A DNA stretch of 53,030 nt from a virus. Lineage: Duplodnaviria; Caudoviricetes. Each line of letters opens with the position of its first letter. Position 1 is the first letter of the stretch. Position numbers and translations under genes: made by a program. A model generated the notes under the pieces. It had not been told where the DNA came from. It made no database searches and worked only from the letters and a program-made list of their open reading frames with translations. Below are positions 45,673 through 53,030 of the stretch, piece after piece. The stretch is taken from IMG/VR virus record IMGVR_UViG_3300025120_000074, positions 1 to 53,030 of that record. One strand, given 5' to 3'.

Positions 45673-46848
45673 TTAATCTGCTGCTATATATGTTATATGG
45701 ACATCATAAACATTTCCTGAAGCACTCACGGAAGCTAGGTGAGTGTAATTTTGACCAGAACCACTACCACCACCGAATGAAATTACATCTGCGGTAGTTG
45801 CATTTACGTTAGGTGAAAAAGCATGATGCTGACTTGATGCACTAAAACCATTAAATTGTCGTATCATCATCGTTCCAGATAAATTATTAGTAGAATTTTT
45901 TACTGTAAAAGGTAATCCAGAAATTTGCCTATTTCCATTCAATGCAGTGGTAATTTCTGTCCACTGAATGAAACCTGATAATTTTACAAGGTTTCCTATT
46001 TTGGTATAGTAACCTACGTTACCTGAACCTGGTGTAGCTACTCCTGCTGTACTAGCAGTAATACGTGGTGTCCAAGTACCTTCTTCATAGTCATGCAACG
46101 TGTTTGCATCTGTGTTACTTGTAGCTCCAAGCACAATGCCCTTACCTGCTGTGGAAAAGAATATGTCACCTGTTTCAACATCAATGTCACCACCAGAAGT
46201 GATTGTTGCTCTTGCAGAACCTGCTGTATAAAATATAAATTTATCAGCACCGTGGTCATATTCAAACGCTCCACGAAACGGTGATGCTGTATTATCAGCA
46301 AATTGTATTCTTCCACCACTATCTGTGCCAGAAGCAATAGTCATTCCATTATTGCCAGAGGTTGTACCAATTACAAGGTTGTCAACAAGAGAGCCATAAT
46401 CAGCAGGATTGTTATTCCCAATGCCAACAGCATCATTACCTGCATCAACAAAAAGCATATTAGCATTGCCGTTACTCTCAACACGGAAGTCTACGTCAGC
46501 AGAACCATCATTAAATACTGTTTCAGACCCACTAAAAAGAACAGAATTATTAATAGAAGGGTTTCCATCGTTGGCAGACAAAACAACTTCTAATTGCCCT
46601 GCCGTAGACGCATCTGCACCATACGCTCTTATTTGACTTTTTGTAGAACTTTCTTGACTTAAAACTATTGAACTTGTTTTATGTGATGCGTTTTGTCCAG
46701 TTGAAACAACAGGTGCAGCAACAGTTGTTGTGCCTGTTACAGTTAAATCACCACCAATCGTAGCGTCATCTGTTACCGTTAAGTCATCGCTAACTGTTAC
46801 ATCTACTACGGTAGTAAATGAGTTAGCTTCTCTTCCTACGTAGGGCAT
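45673..46848 (-). CDS. tail fibre protein
   Basis: L.DYEEGTWTP...G.YTKIGNLV...GLPFT. Confidence 0.7.
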   Translation of the reverse strand: MPYVGREANSFTTVVDVTVSDDLTVTDDATIGGDLTVTGTTTVAAPVVSTGQNASHKTSSIVLSQESSTKSQIRAYGADASTAGQLEVVLSANDGNPSINNSVLFSGSETVFNDGSADVDFRVESNGNANMLFVDAGNDAVGIGNNNPADYGSLVDNLVIGTTSGNNGMTIASGTDSGGRIQFADNTASPFRGAFEYDHGADKFIFYTAGSARATITSGGDIDVETGDIFFSTAGKGIVLGATSNTDANTLHDYEEGTWTPRITASTAGVATPGSGNVGYYTKIGNLVKLSGFIQWTEITTALNGNRQISGLPFTVKNSTNNLSGTMMIRQFNGFSASSQHHAFSPNVNATTADVISFGGGSGSGQNYTHLASVSASGNVYDVHITYIAAD

Positions 46849-46849
46849 A

Positions 46850-47215
46850 TTATGTTATCTCCATAATTGAAAGTGTACCACTCAGTTTATCCGCTACAGA
46901 GCAATCAATCGTAATCTGGTCTGTAGTTTCAAGTACAACTTTATTTCCTGACATTAGTTCTAGTGAGCCACCTACAGGTACAGGTGCATTCTTAATAATC
47001 ACACTTGTTCCATTTGCTGTGTTGTTTGTTACTGCTCTATTAGCTGTATCACTGACTAAGTTTACAGTAGCATTTACAGTTGCAGTATGTATGTTTGTTA
47101 GTATTAAGCCTAGCACAACTGTAGTTGTACCTGACGCTGCAGTATACATTACATACGGTGTTCCTGCACTGGCAGGTTCTGCTGCAAAGTTTACTACCTT
47201 AAAAGTATTAGCCAT
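46850..47215 (-). CDS. small beta-rich tail/virion protein
   Basis: MANTFK...GGSLEL..GNKVVL...S.MEIT. Confidence 0.65.
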   Translation of the reverse strand: MANTFKVVNFAAEPASAGTPYVMYTAASGTTTVVLGLILTNIHTATVNATVNLVSDTANRAVTNNTANGTSVIIKNAPVPVGGSLELMSGNKVVLETTDQITIDCSVADKLSGTLSIMEIT

Positions 47216-47227
47216 TTGTTTCTCCTA

Positions 47228-49909
47228 TTATCCTAACGCTATAGCTAATGCCGTAGCTTCTTCCTGTATGAGTGGTGTTAAATATGTCTTTAATGTAGCC
47301 AATGTTTCCTGTACCATTGTGCCGTTATCGTTTACTATAATTCTATCTGCATCTGCAAGTGTGCCACCTGTAGCACTTGTGTTACCATCTACTATGTTTA
47401 ACTCTGCTGCAGTAGATGTAATAGCTGCACCTGCTATCTGAAGTGTAGTAGCATTTACCTCACCACTTGACCCATATATAACAGCTTTACTATTAACTAT
47501 AGTACCTGCACTTGAACCATCTACTAAGTTTAACTCTGCACCTGTAGATGTAATAGCTGTACTTGCGTAGTTTAAATTACCTGCAGCTATAACAACTTCA
47601 CCTGTACCTTTAGGTGTAATAGTAATGTCTACGTTAGTTTCACCTGCTGCTCCTATAATAGGTCCATTGCCTGTAGAAGCATTAGTTATTTCTAACTCAT
47701 TAACTGCACTACCTGTAACTTGAAACCTTAATAATTCATTTCCATTAGGGTCTTTTATAAATCCATTGTCTGCAATTACAGGAGCAGTAAGTGTTTTATT
47801 AGTTAGTGTCTTAGTACTAGCTGCAAAGTATGTGTCTAATAGGTCTACATCTAAATACTTAGCTGCTGTAGCTGATGTATCAAATACTAACACACCGTCA
47901 TTATTAGCTACTGCAGTACTTGTGTCTACACTAATAGCAGAGTTATCCGCTACTGTATTTAGTTCTGCACCTGTAGCATTTAGTCCTGTTACGTTTCTGT
48001 TGTCATCTACATATGCCTTAACGGATTGTTGTGTAGGTACAAGTGTAGCACTGTTACTGTCCATTCCATCTTCATCTACAAATGCAGTAATGTTTATAGT
48101 ACCGTCACTTAGTGTGCCATATGTTACTGTACCTGTAGTAGTTATAGCGGATGAGCCATTATCTATTGAACCAAACCCACTTGTAATACTACCACTATTC
48201 ATTGCCCCTGTCAAGACAATATTTTGACCTACATAAGTTTGTAAGTCTGTTAGAGCTACCTGCTTCATAGTTCCTGCGTCATTGACTACAAATCTGTCAG
48301 CGTCTACTAAGGTTGTACTGGTAGCGGATGTGTCACCATCTATAATGTTTATCTCAGCAGCAGTAGAAGTTACACCGTCAAGTATGTTTAATTCTGCTGC
48401 AGTAGAGGTTACACCATCTAAGATGTTTAACTCAGCAGGAGTAGATGTAATGGCTGTGTTACTCGCTGCTGCCAACAATGGAATAGTACCACTTTGGTTG
48501 GGTAGGTTAATTGTTCTATCGGCTGTAGGGTCTACAATGGTCAATGTAGTTTCGTGGGCATCTGCTGTAGCACCCTCAAAGACTAAAGCATTCGCTGCAT
48601 TCATAGTTACTGTGTCTACAACTGTCTGTGTTCCACCTACAGTTAAGTTACCTGTAATAGTAAAGTTTCGTATGCCTGTGTAGTCTTTGCTACTATCTAG
48701 GATAACTGCCTTACTCGCTACGGCTGTACCCACTGCTGTACTGCCTATGTCTAGGGCATTAAGTTCACCTACAACTGCTGTAATACCGTCAAGGGCATTG
48801 AGTTCTGCAGCAGTAGATGTAACGGCTGTTGAGCCTAGTGTAAACTGCCCATCTGGAACTATAAGTCCTGCATCACCACCAAATATTAAGTCATCTGCTG
48901 ATGTATCCCAAAGCATAAATGCACTAGCTGTGTCACCAAAGAACTTGGTGTCATACCCTTGCCCATCTACACCTGAAGTAAATGCAGCATCTATCTGTAC
49001 TGCACCGTCAATGTCCACAGCATCTAGGTTAGTTGTACCATCTATATCAATGTCACCAGATATATCTAAGGCTGTACCTATTAATGTTTGAGTTAGAGTT
49101 ATCTGTCCATTAGAAGCTATGGTCATTGCGTCTACATCAGATGTTGAACCTATAGTCTTACCATCACCTATAATTATGTCATCTGTAAATGTAGCTATGC
49201 CAGTTACACCTAAAGTACCACCTACTGTAGAATTTCCAGTTACACCTAAAGTACCACCTACCGTTGCGTTACCTGTTTGTGTAAGTGTACCACTAATTTC
49301 TACGTTGCCATTAATATCAATAAGAGTTGAAGTAATATCTATTTCATCATCAGCAACAATCATTAAATCGCCATCATTAACAGAACTTATACTAATATTT
49401 CCATCACGGAACTGAAGTGCCATTGCAGCGTTAAGAAGAAGTCCAGTATCATGTACGTGAGTTAAAGTAACTTCATCATTTGCACCAAACTTTAATACTG
49501 CACCATCACTCTGTAAAAGAACGTCATCAGTAATAGTTAAGTCATCTCCTACATTTACATCACCTGAAAAGTGTGCATCTTTAAATTTTAATGAAGCTGT
49601 ACCTAAATCTATGTCATTAGTTGTAGTGGGTATAATACCACCGTCTTGTATTATTAGTTGTTCTGTACCTGCTATATCGAATCTAATTTTATCTTCATCA
49701 GCAGACTCTTCAACCTGTATCTTAGTGTCACCGTCAGCATCTCGCATTGCAGTTATAGGACCACCTTCTGCTGCTGTACCATCGTGTTTATGTCCTGTTG
49801 AAGCATGTAGTGCAGCAACAAGTGCATTTAATTCTGCATTAATTGGGGCAGATTTAACAGTAGTACCTGCCTGAATGTCTGCTAGATTTGTTCTTGTATA
49901 ACCTGCCAT
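47228..49909 (-). CDS. main tail fibre/spike
   Basis: GH.HDG..EG N-terminal anchor, many T.AELN.LDG repeats, ends ALAIALG. Confidence 0.75.
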   Translation of the reverse strand: MAGYTRTNLADIQAGTTVKSAPINAELNALVAALHASTGHKHDGTAAEGGPITAMRDADGDTKIQVEESADEDKIRFDIAGTEQLIIQDGGIIPTTTNDIDLGTASLKFKDAHFSGDVNVGDDLTITDDVLLQSDGAVLKFGANDEVTLTHVHDTGLLLNAAMALQFRDGNISISSVNDGDLMIVADDEIDITSTLIDINGNVEISGTLTQTGNATVGGTLGVTGNSTVGGTLGVTGIATFTDDIIIGDGKTIGSTSDVDAMTIASNGQITLTQTLIGTALDISGDIDIDGTTNLDAVDIDGAVQIDAAFTSGVDGQGYDTKFFGDTASAFMLWDTSADDLIFGGDAGLIVPDGQFTLGSTAVTSTAAELNALDGITAVVGELNALDIGSTAVGTAVASKAVILDSSKDYTGIRNFTITGNLTVGGTQTVVDTVTMNAANALVFEGATADAHETTLTIVDPTADRTINLPNQSGTIPLLAAASNTAITSTPAELNILDGVTSTAAELNILDGVTSTAAEINIIDGDTSATSTTLVDADRFVVNDAGTMKQVALTDLQTYVGQNIVLTGAMNSGSITSGFGSIDNGSSAITTTGTVTYGTLSDGTINITAFVDEDGMDSNSATLVPTQQSVKAYVDDNRNVTGLNATGAELNTVADNSAISVDTSTAVANNDGVLVFDTSATAAKYLDVDLLDTYFAASTKTLTNKTLTAPVIADNGFIKDPNGNELLRFQVTGSAVNELEITNASTGNGPIIGAAGETNVDITITPKGTGEVVIAAGNLNYASTAITSTGAELNLVDGSSAGTIVNSKAVIYGSSGEVNATTLQIAGAAITSTAAELNIVDGNTSATGGTLADADRIIVNDNGTMVQETLATLKTYLTPLIQEEATALAIALG
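49200..49261. repeat. 26-bp exact direct repeat (36-bp period)
   Basis: CCAGTTACACCTAAAGTACCACCTAC at 49200 and 49236, encoding VGGTLGVTG twice. Confidence 0.85.
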
Positions 49910-52053
49910 TACCTTACATCTCCTAATCCATAAGTAATTGTGAAGCCTTGAATACTGTGGCTTGCATTTGTATCGTCTGTAACATAAGTAAGAGCCAATG
50001 CTTTACCTGAACCTGAAAAGGTTACTGATTCAACTGGTGATGGATTACCATCATAAATATCTGTTGTATCAAAAACTGCTATATTACTACCACTATCATA
50101 GAAAGCTCCAGGTGCTGTATTAATCATACTAAGGTTGTCTGGTGTACTAATATCTGTATTATCATAATCATAAGTAACTGACAAAGCTATTTCAAAGTTT
50201 CCTTCTGCACTCATATATGTTGATGTGCTGTAATAATTTTTTCTTTGTTCAGGATTATCCATATATACAAAAGGTGTTTTATAAATACTTAATATGTTAC
50301 TTGTATCAAAAGCGTCACCTGATTCTTGTTGAAATACTTTACCTGAACTAGCCCCATGTATAACAAATTCTGTTTGACCTACGTAACCACTGTCTGCACA
50401 AGTACATTCTATACCTGATATTTGACCAAACTCAAAGGAGTAGTTACCTTGAAATTCTCTTAGTGCTCCTATAATTCCTGCTGAACCTGATGTAGAAAAC
50501 ATATATCTAAACTGTGACTTAGACCTTATAATAACAGAAGATAAATTACTTAATGTTTCTCCTGTAATAATATTATTAACTGTTGACTGTATGTTTTTAG
50601 ATATTGTTTCTAAATTAACATCACCAATTTTGTTTGTACCACCAATCGGTCTAATACCATCAGGTGAAAGAAAAAGCAAATCACCACCTAATTCTACCAC
50701 ACTATCTCTTGCAAGGCAACCTAAATTTGATGTAACTGTTTCTAATCTAAAGTTAGCTGAGTTTTCACCCACTAGTCTTTTAATATTATTAGTTCCAAAT
50801 ATATAGAGTACGTTACGAAACTTTTTAATCGCTATTATTTCAAATCCTACATTTATAACTCCACCACCATTTGCAGGACTAAAATCTGTTTCTGATGTAG
50901 GAGCACTAAAATGCAAGTTACTTACTTCTGCAGGATCACCTGTTAAAAATAAATGGTTTTGAAACTCTGCAGATATAGTAGGGTCTGTTGGAGCATTAGT
51001 ATCTGTTATTTGTATATAGTTTGTTCCATCATATGTAGCTGCAGGATTAATACCATCTGTTAAAACTATTTTAGGTACACCAAAGTTAATTTTTTCAAAT
51101 CGTACTTTAGTTACCCCTGTCATCGTAGGATTAGCAGGTCTGTATTGTCCTGCACCTGAACCTACTTCTATGTTACCTGTAACTGCACCACTAGAAGCTA
51201 TCTGTGTAATTGTATTAAAAAAATTTATACTCGTTACTGTAGCATCTGCTGCAGGTCCAGTTATAATTTCTTCTAAAGTTGTACCTAAAAAATCTGTACC
51301 TGTAATAGTAAACGTAATACTTGAAACATCTCCACCTGCTGAAAATATAGTAACTTTTCTAGGTTGTTCTGCTGCAGATGTAGTAAAGTTAATTGTGTTA
51401 GATGAGTGTAATGCACCATTAATAGTTAAGTTAGCAGCCCCTGAGTTTGTTTGTGCTGCACATACACCGTTCCTATCATTAGCTATTAAGTCAGATGTTA
51501 CTTCTACCCAACCTACTCTGGTAGCTGCTCCTGTTGCTGTTGTAGCAGACTCTGATGAAACTCCAGTTATTACATTACCTGAAGCAAATACTATTGTAGG
51601 ATTAAATCCAAAGTCTACTGTTAACTCTGCAGATGCTGTAGCTTTAACTACTCCTTCTGCACTAACTGCTGTGGCATCACTTGAACTTGTTACGGCTGTT
51701 ATAGTTTCACCTACTGTAAAGTTTGTACCCTGACCAGATGTCACAGCTATTGTAAAATAAAAATTCCAATGATGAAGATAGTTAGCTGCTGAACCTTCTC
51801 TAGCTGCTAGTATCCCTTGATGTATTCCGTTAGCTACGCACACACCTAATACTGATTTACCACTTGCACCTGTAACAGTCCCCATGTTATTTGCAAAACC
51901 AGATATTCTTCTATATCCACCCTCTAGGTTAGGCTCATAGTTTACTAACTGTGTAGCTGCACCTGGAGATTCTGAACCTAGAGACAAAACATCTGATCCA
52001 GTATTTAGACCGCCTCTGCAGACAGATTTAAATGTGGAGACTGCATCTGCCAT
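49909..52053 (-). CDS. tail tubular protein B/nozzle-like
   Basis: GGLN N-terminus, GGYRRI.GF, beta-propeller-like GC...S..E.GGDL.FL. Confidence 0.7.
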   Translation of the reverse strand: MADAVSTFKSVCRGGLNTGSDVLSLGSESPGAATQLVNYEPNLEGGYRRISGFANNMGTVTGASGKSVLGVCVANGIHQGILAAREGSAANYLHHWNFYFTIAVTSGQGTNFTVGETITAVTSSSDATAVSAEGVVKATASAELTVDFGFNPTIVFASGNVITGVSSESATTATGAATRVGWVEVTSDLIANDRNGVCAAQTNSGAANLTINGALHSSNTINFTTSAAEQPRKVTIFSAGGDVSSITFTITGTDFLGTTLEEIITGPAADATVTSINFFNTITQIASSGAVTGNIEVGSGAGQYRPANPTMTGVTKVRFEKINFGVPKIVLTDGINPAATYDGTNYIQITDTNAPTDPTISAEFQNHLFLTGDPAEVSNLHFSAPTSETDFSPANGGGVINVGFEIIAIKKFRNVLYIFGTNNIKRLVGENSANFRLETVTSNLGCLARDSVVELGGDLLFLSPDGIRPIGGTNKIGDVNLETISKNIQSTVNNIITGETLSNLSSVIIRSKSQFRYMFSTSGSAGIIGALREFQGNYSFEFGQISGIECTCADSGYVGQTEFVIHGASSGKVFQQESGDAFDTSNILSIYKTPFVYMDNPEQRKNYYSTSTYMSAEGNFEIALSVTYDYDNTDISTPDNLSMINTAPGAFYDSGSNIAVFDTTDIYDGNPSPVESVTFSGSGKALALTYVTDDTNASHSIQGFTITYGLGDVR

Positions 52054-52784
52054 TAAGAACTCAGACTTAACATATTAGAAGAGTAACTAGCTTTTTGAAT
52101 AACAGTAGACCTTACAGACAGTGGATCATCAAGTAGTAGTCTACGCATAGACTTAACACCCTCTTTAAATTTTTGTTGGTGTATCTGAGCACTTTGTTCA
52201 TTTGATCTAAATCTCATCATATAGACCATTGCACCATCAATAATTATAAACTTAAACCTATTAGGTATAATCATTGTATCAGTGTATGCAGATAAATCAC
52301 TTGGGAATTTGTAGTACACAAACTCAACCACATAGGCTGCATCAGGAAGAGGAGTTACACCAAATTTTTCTTCTGCTGTTTGGTATACTACACTTGGTGC
52401 TGTACGTGCTGACGTACCAGAGTTTTCTTCTATAGACTTATAAAATCTTACGTATTGTTCAAAAGGTATTACAGACAAAGCTTTAGCAGAATTGTTTGAA
52501 GAAGATAAAGCTTGTAAGTAAAATGTATCCCAATCTACACTAGCGGTGTCTGCAGGAAAATCATATGTTCCTGTACCTGCTGTAAGTGTTTGGGTAGCAG
52601 TTGTTTTTAAAAATGGAAATTGATGTCCATCCTGTAAAATTTCTCGTATTGAATTATTAATAGCATCTTTAGCTATAGCCTGAACATTCTTAGCGGTATC
52701 AAACCCATCACCTGAAGTAGGGAGAGGAACTTCATTCATCCTACGTAGTAGGTCATTTACTAAAGTTATATACGTTGTTGACAT
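52053..52784 (-). CDS. head-tail adaptor (tail tubular protein A-like)
   Basis: YI.LVN..LRR.NEV N-terminus, P.PD.AY, IP..F. Confidence 0.7.
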   Translation of the reverse strand: MSTTYITLVNDLLRRMNEVPLPTSGDGFDTAKNVQAIAKDAINNSIREILQDGHQFPFLKTTATQTLTAGTGTYDFPADTASVDWDTFYLQALSSSNNSAKALSVIPFEQYVRFYKSIEENSGTSARTAPSVVYQTAEEKFGVTPLPDAAYVVEFVYYKFPSDLSAYTDTMIIPNRFKFIIIDGAMVYMMRFRSNEQSAQIHQQKFKEGVKSMRRLLLDDPLSVRSTVIQKASYSSNMLSLSS

Positions 52785-52804
52785 CCGCTATCCTTATATT
52801 AAGC

Positions 52805-52832
52805 TAAAGAGGGCAAGTTTCCCTGCCCCCTT
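52805..52832 (-). terminator. rho-independent terminator after the capsid operon
   Basis: GGGGGCAGG-GAAA-CUUGCCCUC-UUU hairpin with GNRA loop. Confidence 0.7.
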
Positions 52833-52839
52833 ATTTGAT

Positions 52840-53030
52840 TTAAGCTAGTAAGTCTCTGTCAACCTCTGCTGCAATATTATCGTCTGCACCTGTATCAGAT
52901 ACATCCATCATAATTGCCCAGAAACGGAGTTTACCAAGAGTAACATCTCCTTCTGTTGCAAATTTAACAGAAATAATATCTGTACCTGCACCTGAACCAA
53001 TAACTTGTATCTGTGCAGCTTCTGTAGCAG
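52840..53030 (-). CDS. 3' end of a probable capsid decoration/minor capsid protein (truncated by the window)
   Basis: Open frame ...GKLRFWAIMMDVSDTGADDNIAAEVDRDLLA* followed by the terminator. Confidence 0.55.
   Translation of the reverse strand, partial: ATEAAQIQVIGSGAGTDIISVKFATEGDVTLGKLRFWAIMMDVSDTGADDNIAAEVDRDLLA

Noticed and set aside
44256-46848. Diversity-generating retroelement template/variable repeat pair
   Set aside because: The shared segment is mid-gene, differences look synonymous rather than adenine-specific, and no RT is present
47766-51733. Long + strand ORFs antisense to tail genes (and similar shadow ORFs elsewhere)
   Set aside because: Mirror frames of Thr/Ala/Gly-rich genes with biased codons; no RBS or recognisable motifs

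Overview
Nearly complete genome (about 53 kb, circularly permuted) of a tailed dsDNA phage of the marine podovirus type, probably infecting an alphaproteobacterium (inferred from a DUF1127 gene, a GTA-type holin and a SleB hydrolase). It has two arms. The + arm (17.2-32.7 kb) holds small early genes, a tyrosine recombinase, HNH, SleB, ThyX, a T7-like primase/helicase, PolA, SSB, nucleases, MazG, a class II RNR and DUF3310. The - arm (15.9 kb to 1, then 53.0 to 32.7 kb) holds small basic proteins, lysis genes, terminase, portal, large putative injected proteins, scaffold, tail and fibre genes and internal virion proteins. The major capsid gene falls just outside the window, between the scaffold and a truncated decoration-like gene. 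The arms diverge across a 1.3-kb non-coding region, probably the genome ends/control region. Most notable: (1) a recurring [MFYLA]-[AN]-x-G-G motif in six late proteins, sitting at boundaries of variable cargo domains (ParB-like, GNAT-like, EF-hands); (2) a densely base-paired ~370-nt RNA leader followed by a perfect 22-bp inverted repeat enclosing the first early gene; (3) phased ACWTTAWGT arrays next to two promoters; (4) small ORFs missing from the ORF track (ArfA-like with an internal long hairpin, DUF1127 with an RBS-sequestering hairpin, half of a split DUF5872-like protein); (5) a stand-alone NAD-ligase Ia domain. Family calls come from motif recognition only; no searches were run.
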